Positions 37,176 through 49,899 of a stretch of DNA of 64,000 nucleotides are shown one piece after another (within the stretch, counting starts at the first letter, position 1; every line of letters starts with the position of its first letter). Below the pieces are notes generated by a model. It had not been told where the DNA came from, searched no databases, and saw nothing but the letters and a program-made list of their open reading frames with translations. Both the position numbers and the translations under genes were made by a program. The DNA lies in NCBI GenBank assembly GCA_030704615.1, contig CM060732.1, forward strand, positions 36,270,001 to 36,334,000, given 5' to 3'. This DNA is from Takakia lepidozioides (taxonomy: Eukaryota > Plantae > Bryophyta).

Positions 37176-40100
37176 ATGCAGAAGATGTTTGCATGCCTAA
37201 CCGGAAAGGTGGACGTACTGGAGGGATCGCAGGAATCCGAAGAGCCGCAAGAAGAATCCGTGGAGCTAGCTGCAACATGCACACCCAGCCGATCCACGAG
37301 CACGGGTCTTCCTACCGGGCCTAGCTCTGTGCCTTTCAAGGACGCGGCTTCGAAGGGCAAGTCTTTGCAGTTCAAAGCCCCAAAGAGCGACTCGCGTTCA
37401 AAGGTCATGGAGAATCGCCAGCAGGGGTCGAGCCCTTCTCCAGCAAAGACAAAGAAGAATCAACCCGTCCTTCAACCTGTTTCTGAACCGGACCAGGCCG
37501 TTTCCCCCCTACCAGGCGAATGAAGCAGATCAATTGCAGCAGACACCTTCACCTGCAAGAATGAGGAAGCACAAGGCAATCAGGGGGGAGGGCGGAGCAG
37601 TCTCCCGCAAAACCGATTCCACGAGCTGAAGCCCAGTTCCTGCTTGATTTCCAGCCTGGTGATGTTGGGGGCGTCTCTGCTGCAGCGAAGGCAACGGACG
37701 ACCGATTTCGTCGATCTGGTACCGGAGGAGGGTGCTGCCGCTCAACGTTCGCAGCAAGACCTGACCACGTTGAGGAAGATCTTCAGAATACTGCAGGCCG
37801 GAGGAGGCCGCTGCAATTGCAGAATTGCCCGCAAAGATTCCCCGGAGTGCAGCTCCAGTTGGGGATGCTCCAGCTGTTCAGCCCCTACCGCCACCTGCAG
37901 AAATGTCTCCGGAGGAATTCCAAAGTGCAGTGGATACAATGTTGGAGGAGACACACAGTAGCATTGGCAGAGTTCTGGGCAGCAGGGTATTCCAGTGGAC
38001 TCTTCGAATCTCACTCTGTCGCATGGTCTCCCTTCCCATCGTCAGGCAGGCACTTCCCAGAGATGTGGATAAGCTCAAGTTCGCATTTCGAGAAGGGTAC
38101 CGTCTAGGTTCGCTAGCCTTCTACGTTTCCATTGAGAATGAGGATGGCGAATCTCGTGGACCCACTGCGGATGAATTGTCAACATGGGATACCCACTGGC
38201 ACACTCGCAACGACGAATTCGGGCAACGCTGAAGGATGATCCAGACTTCGGCCATATGTCGGGTAAAATGTTCTTTGTGTGGGACGGGAATCACCGACTT
38301 CTTGCCTGGTGGGAGTACATCAAGCAGAACCATGCCAAGCACAGTGGCTGGCATTACATGGTGGAGTGTGTCATCCTCAAGGTGAAGGCGGCAGACTCCT
38401 CCCTGCTCAAGAATGCCATGGCGGACCTCAACTCGTAAGATACTCATACCCTCCTAAGCACGGTCGAAATGCGGTGCCGCATTTCGGTTTCCAATCTATT
38501 CTGTTTCCGTGCTTCCGTGGACTAAACTGGAGAGTGTGCCTTGCAGGGTCACTGAAAATGCGTACGTGCATACCCACATGGCACATATGCTGTACAGGGT
38601 GAGGAAAAACTGGTCTCACTGATCCGCACATGTTTGGGAAATGCTGGAGCCCGAGCTCATTCAGAAAGCCGTGGCAAAAACTCGGACATGGTATCGTCTC
38701 ACTATGGATGGAATGGCGGAGGTGATATACGTAGTAAGTCATCCTCCCATTTCCCTCTGCTCATCCTTCCCCAATTTTCAGTAATCTTTCCACATGAATC
38801 GAATGTAACGCTTCTGCATGTTTTTGTTGGCAGTCAAACATCAAGCTGGATTTGGCCCATGCCAAACGTTTCTTCATGGAAAGTGAGGGGCAGGTCAAAA
38901 CATTGCAGTCATTGACTGAGCACTTGAAGGAAACCGAGGTCAAGTCCAGAACGAAATATAAGTCAAAGCTTGTGAAGCTGGTGGCCATTGCAGATCCGGC
39001 ACTTGGAAAGGACTTCATCCCCGAGATTGCAAAACACTATTCTCGGGCCATGCAGCCGACCATGCAGTTGGAGAAACTGCATCACCTCTCAACGGCATGT
39101 GTTGAGGCGAAAGAGAAGGTGAGGTTTCAATGCACTGAAGTTCCTTCCTAGCAATAGCCACTCTTATTCCTGCACCTGACATTGGATCGGAAATGGCAGA
39201 CACGGTGGCTGTCGATCTGGAATGCATCGGAGAGTATAAGGACAATGTGGTCTTTTCCACTCGAAGTTTTCGACCCTTCAGTGGATGTGTGGCTCAACCA
39301 CATGACTTGGTGGTTCCAGGTAATTCAAGGTACTTCCCCAGATTTGCTTTTCTGAAATGAATTCCCTGAACTGCTACATGCATGTGACAATGCATGTGAG
39401 AATCGCAGGTAATGACGAATGCGTGGGAACGTTGTTGAACAGGACGTCGTAATCGATGGGGTCGCAGTTCGGGTCAACCAACAATCCCTCCTTCCGGAAA
39501 GCAAATGTGGAGTTCTCCTTCACAAAGCAGTATTCATCGAACTGCTTCGTCTGCATACATAGTGGGGAACAATTAGAAATTGAATGCGGCACCGCATTTC
39601 AAAACTCCTAAGAAAATGAAAGGACGAGCGCCAATGTCGTAATTACCTTCTTCTCTTCCGACCGAAGGCCCAATGTGTTGATGCACGTCCACTTCTTCTT
39701 CAGAATTGGGACGGCGCTCTTGCAGGTCCACTTCGCAATTCATGTCTGCGTGTTTTTGCCTCTACTCGTCAGGACAACCACACAGCCTCTGTCGTCCAAC
39801 ACCATGCGGGCGAGCCCGAATCCTTTCTTCCAAAAGTCCTCGGAGTACCTGTTCCAAGATGGCAAAGCTTGCAGTCCTTCCACAGGCTCTCCGTCCGGAA
39901 TATCCAAGATGATCATATCGCAAGACCACTCAGTGGCATTTCCGCCCCTCCTGCAATCCTTGTCTGCACACACCCTCTCAAAGAACGAGACCATCTTCAG
40001 AAACCCAGGGGTGTCGAAAGGCTCTTCGGCAGCCGCCTTCTTCAGTGCTCTGCCCTTCAGACCCTCCATGGTCTTCATGTATGCCAACTTGGCTGCCCGT

Positions 40101-41685
40101 CCATCCAAAGCCGCCAAGAAACTCTCATTTACACACTGGACTACTGTATCGGGATCCACTTTCGGCCTCTTCATTTCCACCGGCTCGAAAGGGTGCCCCC
40201 CGGGGGGTTGAAGAGTGCCTTCTTTGCTGAGCCTGTTCTCGTCCCTCTCGTGACAACGGTGGGCACATGGGATTTCGGCTGCGTTTCGGGGGGTGGGCTG
40301 TTGCAAAGTCTCCATCGGAGTCCTCTTCGTCACCCTCTTCCTGCACTATCTGTTTCTGCTTGTTCGTTTTCTTGGGTGTCACAACTGCTGCTCCTTGCTG
40401 GCGAGTCCGCTTCTTCGACCCATTCTGTTGAGCCTGCACAGCTGCATCCACCGTCTTCTGTGCCATCTCAGCTGCCTTTTTGGATTGTTCCAGAGCAGCA
40501 GCTTCCTTTCTCGACTCTGGCCGAGCAGGGACACGTCTTTCCTTTCTCTTCTCTTCTGCTTTCGCGTGCAGATCTTTCTCAGACTCGTCAACAATTCCGC
40601 CAGACATGTCCAGGTACCACGGGCATCCAACGAGATGCGCGGCATGCCATTGTTTCTGCATCTCGGGTGTGTAGACACAGCTTGGGCCCGCCACGGTCCA
40701 AGCCATGAAGAACGGGGGCTCTTGAGCCAGGGCCCCTGTCTGAAGAAGCACGTATTTCATATACCTGCAGGGCAGTCATCATGCGTGAGCAAAAGTTGAG
40801 ACCAACGTACTCGCATAGTGCAACCGAAAACATAAAATGCGAATGCGGTGCCGCATTTCCCAGACAAACCTCATAACCAGGCTTCGCATACAAGGACAGC
40901 TGGGCTTTACCTGTAAACAATTCGCATTGCAGCTTTTCCCGCTCCCTCCTGATGTGTAAACTCCACGCTCCTTCTTGCTGTCTGGGGATCCCATCTGGAA
41001 GGGCTGCAACGGAATGTGAAGGCTCCCATCGAAGCCAAAGACTCCTCGGATTTGTCGGAGTCGGAGGAAGAGACAATGGACATTGATGCCGAGGAGAACC
41101 TGGAATACGAGTGAGTGCAAACATTGTAAGTTTGCAAAGCCTTCTGGGTGATTTTATGTCAAACGCATTTCCGGACTGTGGTTCTCATTGGTCTCGTTGG
41201 TGATTGTTATGTGCAGGATTCCAGGATCCGGGTCGAAACATGTAGGGCCTACACTTCCTGCCAGGAAGAATGTCCCGTTCTTTGCGAGGGCCGACTTCAT
41301 GACGAGCCCGGTGAAGGACTACTCCCTTCCTAGTTATGCAGCTAAACTCGCAAATACAGCGATTAGACGATGTGAGAATCCCAGTAAAGTAGAGCAGATT
41401 TTGGAGAGGGCTAGGGAGGACAGAAGGATAAGGAAAGAGTTGGCAACAGCTGAGACAGGTAGACGGGTGCGAAAGTTCATATGTGATTCAGCGGATGAGA
41501 GCGATGCAGACAGGGAGGACGACGACCCAACGGAGGTGAAATGGTCGGTTCCGCAAGGGGAAGATGGGATTTTCGAAAGCCTGGCCAACGAGCAGTCCGC
41601 TGGAGATGAGAAAGACAATGACGGGGTGGAGGCGGAGCAGGACAGTCAAGGACAGGACGACGATAGTGATGATTTTCAAGATTAA
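37176..41685 (+). pseudogene. Transposon cargo gene: ParB/Sulfiredoxin-like domain, putative amino-MTase-like domain and acidic tail; intron-containing, broken by frameshifts and an internal inversion
   Basis: VRQALPRDVDKLKFAFREGY and FFVWDGNHRLLAW (DGNHR at 38283-38297). In the inverted middle segment: CDMIILDIPDG..WN..FW..LARMVLDDRGCVVVL (~39770-39925, minus strand). Plus-strand exons resume at ~40994-41110 and 41218-41685. Confidence 0.62.
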
Positions 41686-41819
41686 TAGAATTTTAATGAA
41701 TTCTCTGTACATTTAAATTATCTTCCAGAGTATATAAAGGAAATTCTCTCCGTCCTTCATGTCCCCTCTCCCATGTGCTTCTCAACGACAACATCGCCCA
41801 AACCACGTCCCTCCCAAAA

Positions 41820-42775
41820 TCGGAAATGCGGCACCGCATTTCCATGTCGAAACGGAAACGTGGCAACTGCAAAAACCTCCTTTGGAAATGCGGCACCACA
41901 TTTCCAAAACTGGGGCAAGAACAATTTTCCGTTTCATGGTTTGGACATCAGAAACTGTTCGGCACGACAGTTTTGCCGATTGCCAGCTCCTTCCATGGAG
42001 GTGAATGGATATGCCACCCCGCGTGCGGAGGTCCAACATGGAAATGCGGTGCCGCATTTACATTTTGGAGATGGACGTTTTTCCAACTGTAGACCCATCG
42101 ACGGAAATGCAGTTCCCCATTCCATGATGCTAGACGGGAATGCGGCACCGCATTCCATTGTCCAATAAGAAATTTCGATGACGTACATGGAAATGCGGCG
42201 CCGCATTTTTAAAACAGACATCGTTGTTTGTCCAATTCCAGACCCTTTGACGGAAATGCGGCACCGCATTACATTGTCCAATAAGAACTTTCGATTGCCA
42301 AACAGGGAAATGCGGTGCCGCATTTCCAAAACAGACATCGTTGTTTGTCCAATTCCAGACCCGTGTGGGCATTCGGTCTTGTTGGACGGAAATGCGGCAC
42401 CGCATTCCATTGTCCAATACGAAATTTTGATGACGGACATGGAAATGCGGTGCCGCATTTTCAGAACGGACATCGTTGTTTGTCCAATTCCAGACCCTTC
42501 GAGGGAAATGTGGCACCGCATTCCATTGTGCTCTCCGGAAATGCGGTGCCGCATTTCAAGTATGGACATGGACAAGCATTAGCGATTGGACATGCTTGGA
42601 CAATTCAAGGTCCAATATGGAAATGCGGTACCGCATTTCCAATTCGAAGTATGGTAATGCCATGTCAAGAAATGAAATGTTGTACAGCATTTCCGTTACG
42701 ACCACAACGGAGGAAAGGGAGCTGCCAGAAATCGCTGCATGGAGAAAAATGAAATGCGGTGCCGAATTTCCGAGC
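41820..42775. repeat. Second array (~15 copies) of the same 22-bp palindrome with different spacers
   Basis: Copies at 41822, 41884, 42040, 42103, 42136, 42189, 42252, 42306, 42388, 42441, 42504, 42537, 42619, 42673 and 42750. Confidence 0.93.
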
Positions 42776-43047
42776 TTCGACATGTACATGTTTCTTTTTA
42801 CTCATACATGGATTTCCTTCACCTCAGAACTCTGATATCGCTGACTCTGGTATATTCATATGGACAGATACATTATAGAAATGAGACCACAAATTGTAAA
42901 CAGTGGGCCAATTACGACAGTTCTTGAACACAATGAAACACAAGCACACAGAAGTGAGGTACGATGGGTTGTTTTATTGATCGAACACGGTGTCTCACAT
43001 TTAGCAACTCCAGACAAATCTAAGCCCTTCCTCCTTCTACATGGGTG

Positions 43048-43690
43048 TCACCAAGTCGACGGAACTTCGATAGCCCTCAAAACAAGCTCATTACTGATGC
43101 GGCACCTCGAGGTAAACTGCAATGCGGTCGATCTGGTGCCCTTGGTGGAGCTGACGACAATGTCATGCCCATCAATCATACCACCATCATACATTGACAA
43201 GGTCACTGTGGGCCTCATGTGCCCGTGCGATTTGTCTTCGCAACTCAGCCGAATGTCTCCATACACTGTAAGAGCGGAGTGAACTCCACAAATATAATTT
43301 TCCCCGGTGCCGTCCTCCCTGGTCTACTGGCAGCAGTTCCAGCGCCAAAGTGAGGCCGTGCGTGATCTGTCCGGCATCCCATTCCACCTTGGTATATCGA
43401 GGTAAACAATTTTCTGGACCCACGGACCGCATTGACCCTCGCCCTCACCTCGCTCAAAGCGGTAATAGCCCTCCAAATACTCCATTGCGCGCAAAGACTC
43501 CCGCTTGATTCCAGAAGCGTCTGTGAAAACAGAGAGCCAGACAATGATGTCTCCTGATTCTGGTTTGAATATAGCATAATCGTGGCAATGATAAGGGCAG
43601 TCAGCAGGATTTCGACGGCACGACATCGTTGAAAAAGAGTAGCGGAGTACGCTCAATGACAGCAGCTCCCGGATGGAGGAGGCAGCAGCA
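43048..43690 (-). pseudogene. Orphan cargo gene A of the MULE (paralog of 55030-55765)
   Basis: DCPYHCHDYAIFKPESGDIIVW, RWNCCQ*, YGDIRL and YDGGMIDGHDIVV..LVLRAIEVP. Internal stop at a Trp codon position. Confidence 0.6.
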
Positions 43691-43825
43691 CGGTGGCTGG
43701 AAGAAGTTCAAGCAAACGCTGCAATTCCTCACAAACACTCCAGGGCACATTTAAATTTTCCCCCTACAGGAACCTGCACGGATGAAGATTGGCTGCTCTA
43801 TGAATGTAGCCGTTTCAGTTTCCTT

Positions 43826-44533
43826 TGTCGTGCGCATACATATCGCTACACAACTACATCGCTGTCCAAAACCACACAACACATGTGCACACCACACACT
43901 AGTATACCACTAGTCTACCACTAGTCCAGCCACTAGTCCAACCACTAGGCTACAACTAGTCAGTCACTAGGCTGCCACTACGCTGCCCACTATGGCAGTC
44001 ACTAGTCCACACAATGATAAAGAAGAAGAATACAAGCACAAGCTCATGCGAGCTCACAAAGCTGAAGCATAAACTCATGCATATATAACCTCATCACTCA
44101 AATACAAGTCAAGCCAAGTGCACCCCACGCCATGGGGAATCCACACTACGGCGCCATAGCTAGGCGCGGTGAGGCTCAACTCGAGAAAGATGAGCCTCCC
44201 GCGCTTGCCGTGAAGATAACCACTCCAGGGCCTAAATCTGCCTTGACCCCTGGATTGACACTTGGGCCAATCCCAAATGTCAATATGTAAAAGCTAGCTA
44301 TTTCCTAGCTAGTTTCACACTAGTGGTAAAATAACTTGACAGCTGTCGTGCGCATACATATCGCTACACAACTACATCGCTGTCCAAAACCACACAACAC
44401 ATGTGCACACCACACACTAGTATACCACTAGTCTACCACTAGTCCAGCCACTAGTCCAACCACTAGGCTACAACTAGTCAGTCACTAGGCTGCCACTACG
44501 CTGCCCACTATGGCAGTCACTAGTCCACACAAT
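43826..44533 (-). repeat. 3' terminal repeat block: A (43826-44015), B (44015-44341), GC, A' (44344-44533)
   Basis: A and A' are 190 bp and identical by eye, with multiple CCACTAG(T) motifs. B matches 54504-54839. Confidence 0.95.
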
Positions 44534-44543
44534 CGCCCCCCTA
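44534..44543 (-). other. Polypurine tract
   Basis: Minus strand reads AGGGGGGCG, then AT, then TGTGTGG (start of the A' repeat). Confidence 0.7.
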
Positions 44544-44791
44544 GCTGGTGCTTAGGTCCCTCTAAGTCCAGGTAGCCACAAGATGTGATAGTGACCATAG
44601 CCTCACTAAGTCCTCCACCACTATCCCTACTACACTCAAACTCGATAGATCAAGAGGCCGGGTGCAAGAGTTGCCCCATCGTTAGTCGCCGTCTTGCAAC
44701 CTGTGAACTTGAGCTTGGGATCTCATGTATTGACTCCTATGAGCTTGGCCTCCCATGTCTTGTTAGCTGCCTCCAGTCATGTCCACTGCCA

Positions 44792-47780
44792 CTATCCCAA
44801 GCAGTGTGGACACAACCAATCTCCGTCAGGAACCTTCTCAAGAGGTGGTGTCAAGCATCCCATATGCCAACCCTTGAGCATCGATCACACACCAGCATGG
44901 TGGCTGCCCCTTTGGCAGACCCACAGAGCATGCACCTCAAACCTGCAGGTACCACTGCCAAGTTTGGGTCAACTCTGCCATCGACATTGGGAAGGTGACA
45001 TGGCGCACAATTACGCACATGGTCCTTCCAAGTCATGCCATCCCGACCCTCCAAGATCAGGACCCCTGAGGGCAACACCTCTCGAACCCTCAGAATAACA
45101 CGCCCTGCAGTAACATCCAGAGTCGTAGGAGCAGTCTGCTGCAAATAAACATAGTCACCAGGGCTAAACCTCCGAACCCCAGGACGATATCCTCCACCAC
45201 GTATAGTGGCATACCTCAACGTATCACGGTGCTGTGCATGGCAAGGTTCTCAAAAGCCATGGGCATGACTTTCTTGAACAACTCTGCACGCTGATCACAT
45301 GCACGTACCCACACGTCCGGATCGTCAAGGTTAAGGACTTGAGCAGTGTCCCTACGAATGGCTGCAGGCAAATCCGGCTCTCGGCCAAAGAGAAGGAAAT
45401 ATGGTGAGGAGGCAAGTGATGCTTGTTGCTGAACCTGTAGCCCATGGCTAACCAAGGAACCTGAAGATCCCAATCTCCTAGGTGTCCCTTCTGCAAGCCA
45501 TACTTGCGCAAACCCCTCTTCACCGTCTGAACAACTCTCTCTGCTAAGCCATCGGCCTCAGGATGATCCCGAGAAGTGGTGCGGTGGTCTATCAAGGCTT
45601 TATCACACAAAGCCTGAAACTCCCCCAAGAACTCTCTCCCTTGGTCCGTGAGTACCTCAGCTGGAGCACCAAATCGGCTAAGCACACGATCCAAGAATGC
45701 ATACGCAGCCCCCTCACTAGCCTTGTCAGGCAATGGAACCAACTCAATCCACTTGGAGAAGTGCTCCACCATCACCAACACATATCTGTGGTGGCGCATA
45801 GTCAGTGGCAACGGTCCTGCGAAGTCAAGACTCCACCTGTAGCCCAATCCCATGATGGTAAAGGATGCAACTGTGGTGTAGGGGCGTTGAATGAAGCACG
45901 CACCCTGTCACACACCATGCACCTAGCCACAAACTGTTGCACCTCTGTATGCATACCACGCCACCAATACTGCCCCTGCAGTAAACTGTGAGTGCGTCGC
46001 ACTCCAAAATGCCCCAACTCCTCATGGGCATGCGCACTAACCGTGCACGCTGTGTGGGGTGAGGCACAATCCTCACCCGACCATCCTCCCACACTCGAAG
46101 TAGGTGTATCCCCTCCCACTTGAACCTCTTGGCTCGTTGCAGGATCCGATCCCTCTCCCTGGCAGTCACAATGGCTGCCGTGTCTCCCGTGCGGAGGTAG
46201 TCCAACACAGCCGAATCCTCATGTATATCTCTGGCACCACCTAGCTCATCACTAGCCTCAGGGTCCTCAGACACTCCGTCTACAGTCATCCCTGTTGTAG
46301 GTCCAATCTGACCTCCCGATGCCAAGATACACAAAAATGCAGATGCGTGCCATCCCGGCACCATCTCCTCGTCCGTCTCACCATGCCACCGAGCTCCAGT
46401 GTCATCCTGCTGGCTCATGCATGGATTGCGACTCAATCCATCCGCATCCCGATTGACCAAACCCGGTCGATGCACAACCTGAAAGTCATACTCCTGGAGT
46501 ATAAGTGCCCACCGTGCAAGCTTCCCCGTAAGCTTGTCTGACTCCATCAACCACTTGAGTGGCTGGTGATCCGTGACAAGGGTGAAAAGATTGCCGTATA
46601 GATAGCACCTGAAGTGTGCCACGGCCCACACTGCAGCTAAGCACTCTCCCTCATATGAGCTGTACTTAGCCTCTGCAGCGTTGTTCGAGCGGCTAGCGTA
46701 AGCCACTACGAACTCTCTTCCCTCATCATCCACCTGTGAGCACCGCTCCAAGCCCCAGCATGCTCCAATCCGTATGCAGCTGAAAGGGACGCCCCTGATA
46801 GGTCGTCTCAAGATAGGCGCCGAGGTCAACCTCGCCTTGAGCTCTTGAAAAGCTCGTTCCTGCTCATCTTCCCACTGCCACTCCTGGTCCACCTTGGTCA
46901 GCTTGGTTAGAGCCTTTGCAATGGTACTAAATCCCTTGACAAACCGTCTATAATAGTTTGCCAACCCCATGAAAGCTCGAACTCGGCTCACATCCGTGGG
47001 GCGTGGAATTTGTGCAATGGCCTCTACCTTAGTCTGCTGTACCCCCAATCCTCCAGGATATATCATGTGACCCAGATACTCAATCTGGTTGTGGAAAAAC
47101 TTGCACTTCCCCGGATGCAACTTCAATCCGTGCGCTCTCAAGCGCTCCAATACCACCTGAAGGTGTCTCTCATGCTCCTCCATCGTAACACTAAAGATGA
47201 TGATGTCATCTATGTAGCACCGAGCAAAGTCCACCCCTGCTAGAATCCTATCCATGACTCTCTGAAACTCTGCAGGAGCATTCTTAAGCCCAAATGGTAA
47301 GAACCGCCACTGATATAGGCAATCCTTGCCGTGCTCATTGATCCCCCAGAATGCCGTCTTCTGCTTGTCCGCCTCCTTGATTGGCAACTGGTGATATCCG
47401 GATCGTAAATCCAAAGTGCTAAAGGCCTTAGCATGCCCGATGGCATCAAAGATCTCCTCTGGTGTTGGCATGGCATACTTATCGGACTTGGTCTGACGAT
47501 TTACAGGCCGGTAATCACCGCACATACGTCTCTCCGTCCAATTGCCATAGACATCCTTCTTGGCTGGCATCACTGTGGCTGAAGCATACTCTCCACCAGA
47601 GAGCTCCACCAAACCTGCCTCCCAGAGATCTTGAGTCCTCATCTGAATCAAAGACCTCTCCATGTCACTGTATCTATAGGGTCTCCGAAAGATTGGCGTG
47701 TCAGTGGCCAACTCAATACGGATCTCTTGACCCTTCAGTGCTCCCAAGTCCTTCAAACTGAAGGCAAAGCAATTCCTGTA
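44792..47780 (-). pseudogene. pol: pol C-terminal part: reverse transcriptase, RNase H, integrase and PHD finger, several frameshifts
   Basis: RT: RMCGDYRPVN, LDLRSGYHQ, LPFGLKNAP, YIDD. RH: EGECLA, TDHQPL, ADGLSR. INT: HEELGH..CMVC, LDFAGP, TDQGREF, GLAER. PHD: CMLC..CDRC..WHMGC..WLCPHC. Confidence 0.93.
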
Positions 47781-48219
47781 AGCCCTCAGGAACCGCCGTA
47801 TACGTCGTCTCTCTCCTCCGGTGACAATGGGTCCAATGTCAGGCTCCCAATTGTCCTCCGTAACTACAACCTTAAGTCCAGTGGGCTTAGAGGTAGAGGA
47901 CGCGTCCCGTGGTTGCTATGCTGCAACCTCTTGAGCAGTACTCCCTACCTGCTCAGTCAATGACAAGGCTCATCCTGCCCCATCATCTCATCCTTGAGGA
48001 CCTCCTCAACCGAGAAGAATCCCCAACCTCATCCATCACAGCCGCCTTGGGCTGCCAACTCCCTCTGAACCTCGAGCACCTCCCACGTGTGCCATGGATG
48101 CATGCACCCCGTGGTCCTCACATGCTCGCCCCCACTCACTGCCTGTACCGTCTCGGTAGGCAGAGAGACCATTGAGGGAAGTGTATTCCGCACTCTGCGT
48201 TGCTCAGCAGAGCCAAGCT

Positions 48220-49170
48220 GATAATCCAGGTCAAGCAATTGAGATCCATTGCTTGCCCCAACACTTGACGACGTGATGCCTCAGAAAGAGACGACACCGT
48301 GGTACCAGTGGTAAAACCCATTGCCCGCTCACGCTCGTCAGCATTAGGCTCCACTAACTGCTGCAACTGAGCATCCCACAGGAGGCCAGGTCCACTATCC
48401 CGGAAAGCATGCGATCCTGGGAAGCTGAGCAGTGTAGGTAATGCTGCTCGTGGTTGACCCACCTTGTTGACCACTGCCAAAGGCGAACGGTCATCGTGTC
48501 TCACACGCTGAGACTGCCTCCCTGTGTCCAGAATGTTATCCACTGTGAGATGTGCTGGCCGCTGCCCCATCAAATGCACGCTTGAGCAGTGCGGGTGGCA
48601 TCAAGTTAGTCCACCATAGCCGTGGACGATGAGCCCGTGACCCCACTGTAGCTGCATCTAGCAACACTGCTGACCCAAGCCACGACCGGACTTGATGCAC
48701 ACTGGCCATCACCCTGGCCCGAGAATCGCCCATCAGTGGCACATTCTCCAAGATGTATGCTGGAGATACAGCTTGATGAAGCTGCAAGTGGCGCAAAACC
48801 CGCACCATCTCCCAAAACAGACCCGACCTCGAGTCTCGCAATCCATTGCCATGCCCGGCTGATGAATGCCCTTGGCAGGGCCAACCTGCCACTACCAGAT
48901 CAATGGAGCCAACCCGCTCCAAATCCTGCGCCCCCAGCAACGAAATGTCTGCTGGCAAGGCCTGCTGATATCCACGAATTGCAGACACCGACAACAACTC
49001 AGGGTACCGCTGCACCAACTGAGCAACATGGCGAAGTGAAACGCGTCGTGCAGTCTCATCCCTCTCCACATACAGGTAACGCCGAACTCGTACACCTGCC
49101 TGTAACACAGCAGCCAATCCGGTGCTGATCCCGCCAAACAAGTCCAGAAGACAAATGCCTTCATCCGGAT
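48220..49170 (-). CDS. C5 cytosine DNA methyltransferase domain within pol (one frameshift near 48560)
   Basis: Motif I LDLFGG, II YVERD, IV AGWPCQG (catalytic PC), VI ILENV, VIII AHRPRLWWTN, IX ERERAMGF and X RRQVLGQAMD. Confidence 0.92.
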
Positions 49171-49589
49171 ACTGCCACACAATAGGTGTGGTGTCCAATG
49201 GAGACAATTGAGGTGGTCCTGGTGCAATCCCCACACTCTCCTCTCCTGACGGTACAAAAGCCTCCACCCAGGCTTGTTGCACCCGTCGATCAGCATCCCG
49301 CTGCAAATCCTTGCTCGTGCCCCACAATGGAGTCTGAGCAACCATGGTAGGCAACTCCGCCATACCATACATGTCATCCTGCTCTCCCGGAGGTGGTACA
49401 TCCTCTGAATGAGCATTGCCCTCAAGCAACTCTCTAGGCCAACTCACTGCCGCTGTGAATGCTGCTAGTGTCGGCATCTTGCCTCGCTGGGCAACCGCAA
49501 CTCCTCCTATGAACGTCACAGGGAGCTGCACACGCCGGCCCTCCCCTGACTGCCATGCAGGCCTATAGGAAGCTGACTCCTCCCAAAAA

Positions 49590-49880
49590 TCCAGGGTGAA
49601 GCCCATGGGGTACAACACTGCCCCACCAACCAGGACATCGTATGAGACTGCGTCTGTCACAATGGCCTTGGCTCGCATCACTGAGCCATCTGTAGGGTGA
49701 TCCGGCCGTAGTCTGATAGCCAACTCACGCCGTGTCATGCCCCGAGCCTGCTCCGATCCTCCCAGAGACGTCTGTATCTGGAAAGGACAAGGCTCCATAT
49801 CCGCCTCCGTGAGGCCCAAGCCTGCAATAGCAGCTCTGCCCAGCATCAATGGCTGAGCTCCCGAGTCCAACAAGACCGCA
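49590..49880 (-). CDS. Retroviral-type aspartic protease domain, in the same ORF as the methyltransferase
   Basis: VLLDSGAQ active site and YDVLVG closing motif in ORF 48536..49906. Confidence 0.85.
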
Positions 49881-49899
49881 GGGGTACCTCTTGCCTGCC

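Noticed and set aside
43826-44341. A+B as an ordinary LTR or solo LTR
   Set aside because: It has TG..CA ends, but the PPT and PBS abut the other pair of ends, there is no TSD around it alone, and the far end of the element has only B.
48220-49170. Bacterial restriction-modification system or contamination
   Set aside because: The MTase is fused in frame to a retroviral-type protease inside a TSD-bounded element among intron-containing plant genes.
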